A stretch of DNA of 64,000 bases, from the NCBI GenBank assembly GCA_020348265.1, contig CP070744.1, positions 4,993,559 to 5,057,558 on the forward strand. Direction: 5' to 3'. The notes beneath the pieces are model-generated. The model saw only the letters and a list, made by a program, of their open reading frames with translations. It was not told where the DNA came from and searched no databases. Position 1 is the first letter of the stretch; each line of letters starts with the position of its first letter. The DNA is from Phycisphaerales bacterium (GTDB taxonomy: Bacteria > Planctomycetota > Phycisphaerae > UBA1845). Made by a program: the position numbers and the translations under genes. Below are positions 8,961-17,020 of this stretch, one piece after another.

Positions 8961-10160
8961 TTACGCAATGACGCCTGCGCGTCTGAGTTCCCCAATCTCA
9001 CGCTGTGAGAACCCTGCATCTTCCAGCACACGATCGGTATCGCGCCCATAGGTCGGGGCAAAGGGAAGCGTGCGCTTGCGGGCGGTCAGGTACGCCTGCT
9101 CAACGGCTGGCGGCGGAAGACGCACAGTCTGTCCGGAGGGGGTTTCCGTTCTCAAAAGCCGTTCTTTAATCGGCGGGAATTCCACAACCTGTGGAATCGT
9201 GTGAATCGGAGCGGCAACGAGCCCTTTGCTCGAAAACAGCTCAACAAGCTCAGCGGTGCTGAATCGGTTCGTGATCGAGCCTATCTCCACGTGAATCGCT
9301 TCTCTCTCTTTACGGCGTCCCTCGTTGGTGTCGCGCGTAGGTGATACCAGCGCGCTGAACTCTTCCATTGACGTCAAGCGAGCCCATTGTCCGTCGTTGC
9401 CAATCGCAAGATAGACGTAGCCGTCCGCGGACGGATAGACGTTTACGGGGATGAACTCGCGGTGCTCGTTTCCGCTTCGCCTCACCTCTTCTTGTGTATA
9501 TCCGAGGTCGAGCAGCGGAATGGTGGTCACCAGCCAGGAGGCGGCTGCTTGGGCCATGGAAACATCGATTCGCGAGCCTTCCCCCGTTTGTGTCTTCTTC
9601 GCCAGGGCAAGACACACATTCGCATAGACTTCGTCGCCGGCCTTCAGGTCAACGAAGGGCACGCCGCAAAGCGTGGGTGGGCCCTTGGGATCGCCGGTGA
9701 CCTCCATAAAGCCCGTCATGGCCTGGATTGCGGGGTCGTAACCTGGAGCGTCGGGATAATCCGGCCCCATCGCGGACAGTCCTGCCCAGATCAACCCGGG
9801 GTTGAGTGAGCTGAGTGTTTCGTAATCGATTCCCAGCTCCTTGTAGCGTTTGGGGAGCGTGTTGCTGGCGAACACATCCACCGGCAACTCAGTGATCAGC
9901 CGCTTGAGCGTTTCCCGGCCGGCCTCGTTTTTGAGGTTCAGGCTGATGGTTTCCTTGCCCACGTTTGGCCCAACGAAGTAGGCATGCAAGTCGGGACGTT
10001 CGCCCTCTTTGCCTACATAACGGTTGGGATCGCCCGGAAGCCGATCGCCGGAGGGCGTCGCTTCGATACGAATCACTCGCCAGCCCAGTTGTACGAAACG
10101 CTGGGTTGCGTGACAAAGGGAAAGTGCCTGCTCGAGGGAAAGTACGGTTAGCTTTTCGAT
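8961..10160 (-). CDS. CoA-transferase family III (CaiB/BaiF-like); N-terminus extends beyond the track ORF (8961-10076) and probably starts at a non-canonical ATC codon
   Basis: Family III hallmarks: VIRIEATPSGDRLPGD (cf. VIKVE.P.GD..R) and the internal LNPGLIWAGLSAMGP. In-frame upstream translation IEKLTVLSLEQALSLCHATQRFVQLGWR aligns with the conserved N-terminal [27 protein letters not shown] segment. It contains no ATG/GTG/TTG before a TAA. GGAG lies 8 nt upstream of ATC (10160-10158). Confidence 0.7.
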   Translation of the reverse strand: MEKLTVLSLEQALSLCHATQRFVQLGWRVIRIEATPSGDRLPGDPNRYVGKEGERPDLHAYFVGPNVGKETISLNLKNEAGRETLKRLITELPVDVFASNTLPKRYKELGIDYETLSSLNPGLIWAGLSAMGPDYPDAPGYDPAIQAMTGFMEVTGDPKGPPTLCGVPFVDLKAGDEVYANVCLALAKKTQTGEGSRIDVSMAQAAASWLVTTIPLLDLGYTQEEVRRSGNEHREFIPVNVYPSADGYVYLAIGNDGQWARLTSMEEFSALVSPTRDTNEGRRKEREAIHVEIGSITNRFSTAELVELFSSKGLVAAPIHTIPQVVEFPPIKERLLRTETPSGQTVRLPPPAVEQAYLTARKRTLPFAPTYGRDTDRVLEDAGFSQREIGELRRAGVIA

Positions 10161-10211
10161 GACTTGGGCTCCGTTAACAGATTATCACCCGATTGCGAGG
10201 AGCAGGCGTTC

Positions 10212-12632
10212 TCATTCGGCCGGCCGGCTGGCCGCTTTCAGGTGCGCCAATACCTTCTCCGGGGTGAGAGGCAACTCTCTGATGCGTACGCCAGCGGCGT
10301 TGTACACTGCGTTGGCTACCGCTGCCGCCACGGGGATCAGGGGCGACTCGCCGACCCCCTTTGCTCCGTATGGGCCTGCGGGATCATTCGTCTCGACGAA
10401 GGAGAGCTCCATCTCGGGCACATCCCACGTGGTCATTAGCTTGTAGTCGGTGAAAGAGGGATTGAGCACTCGTCCCTCGGACACCTTGACCTCTTCGGAC
10501 AGGCAGTATCCAAGACCCTGCACAATGCCACCCTCGATCTGACCTTCGAGTCCGAGGCGGTTGATCACCCTGCCTACATCATGGGTCGCGCACACCTTGA
10601 TCACCTTGACTACACCGGTGTCGAGGTCGACCTCCACCTCGGCGACATGGGTTCCGAAAGCGTAGCAGGCGGAGATGTCGCCCATTTGGTCCTCATCGGG
10701 CGCCGTACTCGGCGGCTCGTAGAAATCCGTGGTCATGATCAGCTCGTTCTTGCTGCCGAAGTGCAGGCCACGAATGATCTTGCCTATCGATTCGAGAGCT
10801 TCGCCGGTGGCGCCATCAACTACCTTTCCCTCGGAAAGGTCAAGCTGATCAGGTTCACGTTTCAAGCGGGCCGCAGCTGCTGCGAGGAGTTTACGTCTTG
10901 CCTCGCGCGCAGCTCTTAGAACGGAGTTGCCTGCTATAAACGTAGTTCTGCTGGCATGTACACCCACGTCCCACGGGGTCAGCTCCGTGTCATTGTTAAT
11001 TACGCGGATGTTCTTCATTGGGAGGCCTAACCCCTCGGCGACAATCTGGGCGAGGACCGTCTCGGAGCCCTGGCCGATCTCGGATGACCCGGTAAGAACC
11101 GTCACCGCGCCGAAGTCGTCGAGCTTCAGAATCGTGCCGCACCCGTCAGAGCGGTATATCTTGGCTCCGCCCCCGACGTGGAAGAAGGAAGCCATGCCCA
11201 CACCTCGCACCATGCTTCGACAATGAGAACAGGCGATGCCCGCTTGTTCCTTTGTCCGCTCCCTCACGGTCGCGGCTCGGTTTGGCGTTTCGGTTTGTTG
11301 ATTTCTCGATGCTTCGGCTTCTCTACGTTTGGTCTCCCAGCCGGCGTTGGCGGCCGATGTTTCGAGGCATTCCTTAAGCCCGCAAGTGCGCAGCACCATC
11401 CCTTGCCCGGTGGTTTCACCAGGCTTTTGGGCGTTTATGAGTCGAACGTCGAGGGGATCCATTCCCAGCTCATCCGCCAATTGATCGATCTGAGACTCGA
11501 GGGCGAAGGTAGCCTGCGGATTTCCGTAGCCCCTAAACGCGCACGCGTAAATGTTGTTTGTGTAGATTATGTCCGCGTGTTGGCGGACATGAGGCACGCG
11601 ATAGAGCGAGGAGAAGCTGCGCATCATGATCCAGGGAGTGGTTGCCCCCCAGGAAGTGCGCCCACCGTTGTCCAGGGTCATGCGCACATCACGGAAGGTA
11701 AACGTGCCGTCTTTCCGGGCACCGCTTCGCATGTATATAACAGCATTCTGGCGCGTCGGTGTGGCCAGGAACTCCTCTTCGCGGGTGAAGACGAGCTTCA
11801 CGGGCCGTGACGTCTTCATGGCCAGAAATATACAAATGGGCTCAAAGGGATGGATGTCCAGTTTGCTACCGAAGCCCCCGCCGATTGGTGGTTGGATGAT
11901 CCGGATTTTCTCCGGGGCTACCCCTACGATGCGCGCCAAATCGTTCTTGTACAGAAAAGGGACCTGGGTCAGAGAGTGTAGAGTCAATCTCCCGTCGGCA
12001 TCGAAGCTGGCGATGATTCCTGATGTACCCAGGCAACAGTGGGCCTGGCGTTGGAGCGTGTAGGTATCCTCGACGATGATGTGGGAATCTCCGACTCCTG
12101 CTTCTATGTCTCCATGCGAGTAGTCGTAGCGGAAGGGCGTGTTATCCGCGATTTTTTCATGGATGATCGGAGCGCCATCGGCAACGGCCTCTTCAGGCGA
12201 TGCAACCACCGGCAGATCTTCGTAGGTCACTCGAATGCGTTTGACGGCCTCCGCCGCTATCTCGGGTGTGTCAGCCGCCACCGCCGCCACCTCGTCGCGG
12301 ATGCACGTTACCTTGTCCGCTTTGAGGGCGGTGTTGTCTTGCCCGTATCCGAAAGGTACGAGGTTGATGTCCGCAGCGGTGATTACCGCCCGGACTCCTC
12401 GCATGGCCCTGGCAGCGGACGTATCGATACTGACGATGCGGGCATGAGGTCGATCGGCAAAGAGGATCTTCCCATAGAGCATGCGCGGGAAGTTGAGATC
12501 TTCGATGTAACGGGCGAGCCCTGTGGCTTTCTCAGGGGCGTCGAGCTTGGGGATTCGCCGTCCGATGAGAGTATCTTTCTTGGTCCTTCGTTTCGGGGTT
12601 GCTACGCTCGCGGCCTCAAACATCGTCAGCAC
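10212..12632 (-). CDS. xanthine dehydrogenase/aldehyde oxidase/CO-dehydrogenase-family molybdopterin-binding large subunit (CoxL-like)
   Basis: 806 aa. N-terminal a/b-hammerhead region (RIPKLDAPEKATGLARYIEDL), the IYACAFRGYGNPQ active-site loop, and a Mo-binding large-subunit architecture. Confidence 0.9.
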   Translation of the reverse strand: MLTMFEAASVATPKRRTKKDTLIGRRIPKLDAPEKATGLARYIEDLNFPRMLYGKILFADRPHARIVSIDTSAARAMRGVRAVITAADINLVPFGYGQDNTALKADKVTCIRDEVAAVAADTPEIAAEAVKRIRVTYEDLPVVASPEEAVADGAPIIHEKIADNTPFRYDYSHGDIEAGVGDSHIIVEDTYTLQRQAHCCLGTSGIIASFDADGRLTLHSLTQVPFLYKNDLARIVGVAPEKIRIIQPPIGGGFGSKLDIHPFEPICIFLAMKTSRPVKLVFTREEEFLATPTRQNAVIYMRSGARKDGTFTFRDVRMTLDNGGRTSWGATTPWIMMRSFSSLYRVPHVRQHADIIYTNNIYACAFRGYGNPQATFALESQIDQLADELGMDPLDVRLINAQKPGETTGQGMVLRTCGLKECLETSAANAGWETKRREAEASRNQQTETPNRAATVRERTKEQAGIACSHCRSMVRGVGMASFFHVGGGAKIYRSDGCGTILKLDDFGAVTVLTGSSEIGQGSETVLAQIVAEGLGLPMKNIRVINNDTELTPWDVGVHASRTTFIAGNSVLRAAREARRKLLAAAAARLKREPDQLDLSEGKVVDGATGEALESIGKIIRGLHFGSKNELIMTTDFYEPPSTAPDEDQMGDISACYAFGTHVAEVEVDLDTGVVKVIKVCATHDVGRVINRLGLEGQIEGGIVQGLGYCLSEEVKVSEGRVLNPSFTDYKLMTTWDVPEMELSFVETNDPAGPYGAKGVGESPLIPVAAAVANAVYNAAGVRIRELPLTPEKVLAHLKAASRPAE

Positions 12633-13107
12633 CTCTTACGGCCAGCGACAGGATGGCCTCGATGATCTTCTGATAGCCCGTACAACGGCAGAGATTGCCC
12701 TCCAGGCCGCGTTTGACTTCGTCCTCCGTTGGAGCGGGGTTTGACTCCAGCAACGCATAGGCAGCCATGATCATGCCCGGCGTGCAAAAGCCGCATTGTA
12801 CCGCACCGTAATCCACGAACGCCTTCTGGATCGGGTGGAGCTGTCCGTTGCTTTCCAACCCTTCGATGGTCAGGACTTTTGATCCTTCACATTCGACAGC
12901 CAACACCAGGCATGAGTTGACCACCCTACCATCGAGCAGCACGGAACACGCCCCACATTCGCCCTCGCCACAGCCGTACTTAGTGCCGGTGAGCTCGAGC
13001 CCGTTGCGGAGGACGTCCAGCAAGGTGGCCGTCGAGGGAGCCATAATGGTGACGGACTCGCCGTTGACGACCATGCCAATCTGGATTCGATCAAGAACTT
13101 GCGGCAC
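12616..13107 (-). CDS. [2Fe-2S]-binding small subunit of the molybdenum hydroxylase (CoxS-like)
   Basis: GCGEGECGACSV..., CGFCTPGMIM and NLCRCTGYQKI cysteine motifs; 163 aa. Confidence 0.9.
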   Translation of the reverse strand: MPQVLDRIQIGMVVNGESVTIMAPSTATLLDVLRNGLELTGTKYGCGEGECGACSVLLDGRVVNSCLVLAVECEGSKVLTIEGLESNGQLHPIQKAFVDYGAVQCGFCTPGMIMAAYALLESNPAPTEDEVKRGLEGNLCRCTGYQKIIEAILSLAVRGADDV

Positions 13108-13951
13108 GCTGCAATATCCTCCTCAACATCGCCGCTACGACATCGCGGCGGTACGCTTGAGAAGCTCGCACATCCGTGATTGGCTTGATCTCCTCACGAG
13201 CGGCGTTCTCACATCTGTTGATGACTTCCGGTGAGAGCGCCATGCCAAGCAACTCTGCTTCCGCGGCTTTTCCACGCAAGGGAACAGGTGCGACGGAGCC
13301 GTATCCCACGCGAGCCCGCGAAATCACGCCGCCCCCCAACTCAACCGCCACGCCAACAGATGCGACGGCAATCTCCATCGCAGGGCGCGTGCCGAACTTG
13401 TCCCAAGCGGAGAACGCGCCTTGAGGCACCGGTTTGAAGCGCAGATGAGTCACGATTTCTCCCGGTGCGACAACCGTGGCGCCGGGGCCTTTGAAGAACT
13501 CTTCAATGGGTACGGTACGGATGGTCGCACCGCTATCAGTATGCGTGGCAACCTCCACTTCCGCGTCGAGCAGTAGGAGGGGGATCGCGCTGTCTGCCGC
13601 CGGTGAGGCGTTACACAGGTTTCCGCCAATGCTAGCCCGATTCCGAATCTGCGGGCAGGCGACGCGCCCCACAGCCTCTGCCAAGATCGGTGCGGCGGCC
13701 CGGATCAGAGGGTCCGCCTCAATCTCGCTCATCGACGTACACGCCCCGATGCGGATATCGCCATTTGCGCGCGATACGCCCTTGAGGTCTTCGATGTGCT
13801 TCAAATCAACGATGGACGCGGGTCGGTCCTGCACACCCGCCGACCAACGTGGAAGCAGGTCCGTCCCACCCGCGAGGGGCGAAACGGGCCAGGCAGATCG
13901 CCCGATCAGCGACAGTGCCTCCTCGATTGTTTTGGGGCGATGATAGATCAA
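13091..13951 (-). CDS. FAD-binding medium subunit of the molybdenum hydroxylase (CoxM-like)
   Basis: MIYHRPKTIEEALSLI N-terminus, AGGTDLLP motif, 286 aa. Gene order M-S-L with 4-nt overlaps. Confidence 0.85.
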   Translation of the reverse strand: MIYHRPKTIEEALSLIGRSAWPVSPLAGGTDLLPRWSAGVQDRPASIVDLKHIEDLKGVSRANGDIRIGACTSMSEIEADPLIRAAAPILAEAVGRVACPQIRNRASIGGNLCNASPAADSAIPLLLLDAEVEVATHTDSGATIRTVPIEEFFKGPGATVVAPGEIVTHLRFKPVPQGAFSAWDKFGTRPAMEIAVASVGVAVELGGGVISRARVGYGSVAPVPLRGKAAEAELLGMALSPEVINRCENAAREEIKPITDVRASQAYRRDVVAAMLRRILQRAASS

Positions 13952-14340
13952 CCCGGAGCCAATCTATGCGGCCCGCTTGTCGAACATCTCGACTTCAGGG
14001 CCGTTCAAACCTCATGCGACCGTACCCACGCAGCCAAGCCGACTTTAATAATGCAGACCCGAACACGCCGCAAGCTCCGCATCTCCGCAACCTGACCAGA
14101 CTCGTTCTGTGACTTCCCTTGCGAGTCAATCTGCACTTAACCTTGAGCATTCGTGGTCAAGCAGTCTGATGTTGATTGGAAGGGATGGGAGGCAGCAGCC
14201 GGATACTCCGCAGGGTGTTTCAAAGGTCGACTTGCTGACGTACGATACCGCGTGCCGTGGATCATCACGAATGCTGACCCTGAGGGGTTCTCCGGGAAGA
14301 TGATTCGGCATTTTTCGTGCTCTGTAGCTTGTTGAGGAAC

Positions 14341-14405
14341 GTAGCGCCACCCCTTGTGGGTGGCGCCGTGCGGCGGTTCTCGCCGCCCACAGGGGGTGGC
14401 GCTAC
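14341..14405. repeat. palindromic repeat element, copy A (inverted arms GTAGCGCCACCCCTTGTGGGTGGCGCC / GCCGCCCACAGGGGGTGGCGCTAC)
   Basis: Left arm 14341-14367, right arm 14382-14405, spacer ~14 nt. Each arm is itself internally palindromic. The element ends 20 nt before the iorA start codon. Confidence 0.6.
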
Positions 14406-14425
14406 ACTTGGGTCGCCGGAACGGG

Positions 14426-16351
14426 ATGCGCGAGGAGGCGACGTTCGTGAGTGCTGCCCCGACCCATGAGATCCTGCAGGACAGCCCCGGCACCCGTTTA
14501 TGTCTATTGGGAAATGTGGCGATTGCCCGCGGGGCGCTTGAGGCAGGTGTCCAGTTCTTTTCCTGCTATCCGGGTACACCTTCCTCGGAGGTCGGCGACA
14601 CGTTTGCCCGCATCGCCGAGGAAGCCGGGGTCAAGTTCGAGTACTCCGTCAACGAGAAAATAGCCGTCGAGGTGGCCTTTGCCGCTTGTCTGACCGGGGC
14701 GCGCTCCATGTGCAGCATGAAGCACCTGGGTCTGAACTACGCTAACGACCCCATCTCCACCATGCCCTATGTCGGCGTGGAAGGAGGTATGGTTATCGTG
14801 TCGGCAGGCGACCCCTCAGCCATCACCAGCCCCAACGAGCAGGATCAGCGTCACTTCTGCAAGTTTCTTTACTATCCGGTGTTTGATCCAGGCACCCCGG
14901 ACGACGCCCTGCGCACGACCCGCTATGCGTTTGCATTCTCTGAACAAACGCGTCTGCCGGTTATCATACGCCCGACTACGCGCGTTTGTCATAGCAGCGG
15001 AATGGTCACGCTGGGCAAGCTACCCGGCGGGCGCAATGAGATACACTTCGACAAGGATCCATCCCGTTACGTGCCTATCCCGATCAATGCTCGACGCATG
15101 CGCAAAGAGCTGACCGAGAGGTTTGAGCTGGCATCGACCTTGTTGCGGGAGTCTGATTTCTACCCTCGAAGAGGTGAGGGGCGCCACGGTATCATGGCCA
15201 GTGGCGTCAGTTATGCTTACGCCTCTCAGATTCTCGATGACTTGGGACTATGGGATCAGGTTACTCTTCAGCAGATTGGGGCATATCCGATTCCCGAGTC
15301 GATACTCCGTGATTTCCTAGGTGCTGTTGACTCTGTTCTTCTTGTCGAGGAGCTCACCCCATATATGGAGGATTGGGTCGCCGAGGCGGCAAGTCGTGCT
15401 GCACAGCAAGTTCCTCTGTTCGGCAAGCGCACGGGACATTTTCCCATGGAGTTCGAGTATTCCCCTGATCTGGTCGAAGATGCTGTTCGACAGTATCTGG
15501 GGATGACATCACGTTCTTCACTGTCCGTGGATGTCCCCGAGCTTCCGGAACTTCCTCCGCGCCCGCCGGTGCTCTGCCCTGGGTGTCCGCACCGTGCTGC
15601 TTACTATCTTGTAAGGAAGGTATTCGGGAAAAACACAACATACTGTAATGACATTGGCTGCTATACGCTTGGATACGGCGAACCGCTCAATGTCTGTGAC
15701 GTCCTGTTGTGTATGGGAGCTTCCATCACACAGGCATCCGGAATCGCTCGAATGACGGGAAAGCGGACGGTGGCGTGCCTGGGTGATTCGACGTTCTTCC
15801 ATAGCGGGCTGCCTGCCCTTGCCAATGCACTGCAGGCTCGCGATGACGTAACGGTTATCATATTGGATAATTTCATAACGGCAATGACAGGGTTTCAGCC
15901 GAGTCTGACGAGCAATCGAGGGGATCGTGGCTCCGCTGGGCGACACGGTCCGTCGGTGTCCGGCATATCCAAGATGCGCTTTTCCATTGAGGGCGTAGTG
16001 CGCGGCCTCGGTGTCCAGGATATCTATTCTGTAGACCCCTACGACGAAGCGGCTATGACCGAAGCGCTCAAGCAAGCCAAGAGCGCAGAAGGTGTGAACG
16101 TACTCGTTTGCCATTCACCCTGCATGGTTAATGAAAGACGATTAGGTCATCACCAAGAACGCGTGCCTCTGAGAATCAATGTGGACAAGTGCAACGGCTG
16201 CTCATTGTGCGTGCGATTGCTGGGTTGTCCCGGGATCCTGGTGAGTGGCGGTCACTATATGATAGATGACGAGCTTTGTGTTGGCTGCGGCCTTTGTGCC
16301 AATGTGTGTAAACATGATGCCGTTGAGCCGATTGCGGTTGAGAAGATTTGA
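14426..16351 (+). CDS. iorA: indolepyruvate:ferredoxin oxidoreductase alpha subunit (IorA; TPP-binding, with C-terminal 2x[4Fe-4S] domain)
   Basis: CPGCPHRAAYY, GDSTFFHSG (TPP), CNGCSLCVRLLGCPGI and CVGCGLCANVC ferredoxin motifs. The track ORF start at 14354 reads through the repeat element; the Met at 14426 is preferred. Confidence 0.9.
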   Translation: MREEATFVSAAPTHEILQDSPGTRLCLLGNVAIARGALEAGVQFFSCYPGTPSSEVGDTFARIAEEAGVKFEYSVNEKIAVEVAFAACLTGARSMCSMKHLGLNYANDPISTMPYVGVEGGMVIVSAGDPSAITSPNEQDQRHFCKFLYYPVFDPGTPDDALRTTRYAFAFSEQTRLPVIIRPTTRVCHSSGMVTLGKLPGGRNEIHFDKDPSRYVPIPINARRMRKELTERFELASTLLRESDFYPRRGEGRHGIMASGVSYAYASQILDDLGLWDQVTLQQIGAYPIPESILRDFLGAVDSVLLVEELTPYMEDWVAEAASRAAQQVPLFGKRTGHFPMEFEYSPDLVEDAVRQYLGMTSRSSLSVDVPELPELPPRPPVLCPGCPHRAAYYLVRKVFGKNTTYCNDIGCYTLGYGEPLNVCDVLLCMGASITQASGIARMTGKRTVACLGDSTFFHSGLPALANALQARDDVTVIILDNFITAMTGFQPSLTSNRGDRGSAGRHGPSVSGISKMRFSIEGVVRGLGVQDIYSVDPYDEAAMTEALKQAKSAEGVNVLVCHSPCMVNERRLGHHQERVPLRINVDKCNGCSLCVRLLGCPGILVSGGHYMIDDELCVGCGLCANVCKHDAVEPIAVEKI

Positions 16352-17020
16352 ATGAGTTCACCAAAGTGTGAGTCTGACGCGAAGGGCTGGCGCATTTTGA
16401 TTGCTGGCACCGGTGGTCAGGGAGCGTTGACGGCCGCCCGCGTGTTATGTGGCGTGTTTGTACGGCGCGGGCATGATGTGGTGAGCGGCCAGTTGCACGG
16501 TATGGCTCAGCGGGGAGGAAGTGTGCAGTCGTCCGTGTTGATCGACACCGGGATCAGCCCGGTCATTGGAGCTGGTCAAGCCGACTGCGTGTTGGGTTTT
16601 GAGCCGGTTGAGACGGCACGTGCCCTTTCGTTGATGTCGAAGAACACCACAGTATACATGAACACGTGCGCGGTAGTTCCGTTTGTCGTCGGGCAGCAGT
16701 TGGCGCTAACGAGGGCGGGGGCCGGCTATCCAGCAGTGAAGGATCTCATAGACTGCCTGAAGAAGGTCGCGCAGCGAGTATTCTCATTTGATGCAATGCA
16801 GCGTGCCTTCGACGCTGGATCGCCCAAGGCGCTCAACATGGTTATGTTGGGGTGTCTGTTGGGGTCTGAAGCGCTGCCATGTACAGCAGATGAGTTTTGG
16901 ACCACGACGCTCAAGACCATGCCGTCGAAACTTAAACAGATCAATACTGCTGCGTTCTTTGCCGGCGTTGAATGGGCAAGGGAAGTAGGAAACGCTGCGG
17001 TGGAGGCAAGCGGATCATGA
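16352..17020 (+). CDS. iorB: indolepyruvate:ferredoxin oxidoreductase beta subunit (IorB)
   Basis: ILIAGTGGQGALTAARVL N-terminus, ~220 aa, immediately downstream of iorA (stop/start abut). Confidence 0.85.
   Translation: MSSPKCESDAKGWRILIAGTGGQGALTAARVLCGVFVRRGHDVVSGQLHGMAQRGGSVQSSVLIDTGISPVIGAGQADCVLGFEPVETARALSLMSKNTTVYMNTCAVVPFVVGQQLALTRAGAGYPAVKDLIDCLKKVAQRVFSFDAMQRAFDAGSPKALNMVMLGCLLGSEALPCTADEFWTTTLKTMPSKLKQINTAAFFAGVEWAREVGNAAVEASGS

Noticed and set aside
10581-12665. Plus-strand ORFs (10581-10919, 11178-11810, 11626-12063, 12039-12665) inside the Mo-hydroxylase large-subunit gene
   Set aside because: They are antisense artefacts; the minus-strand frame carries a continuous xanthine-dehydrogenase-family protein.
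10212-13951. Calling the coxMSL-like genes an aerobic CO dehydrogenase
   Set aside because: Neither the form-I AYRCSFR nor the form-II AYRGAGR signature is intact (the loop is IYACAFRGYG), and no coxDEFG accessory genes are adjacent. The context (CoA-transferase, hydantoinase-like, B12 mutase) points to organic-substrate hydroxylation instead.
14354-14425. N-terminal 24-codon extension of iorA in the ORF track (similarly 24187-24294 for the M32 peptidase and 42917-43090 for the DUF2238 gene)
   Set aside because: The extensions translate the palindromic repeat elements or the G13 tract (giving poly-Gly). Conserved N-termini begin at the downstream Met codons.
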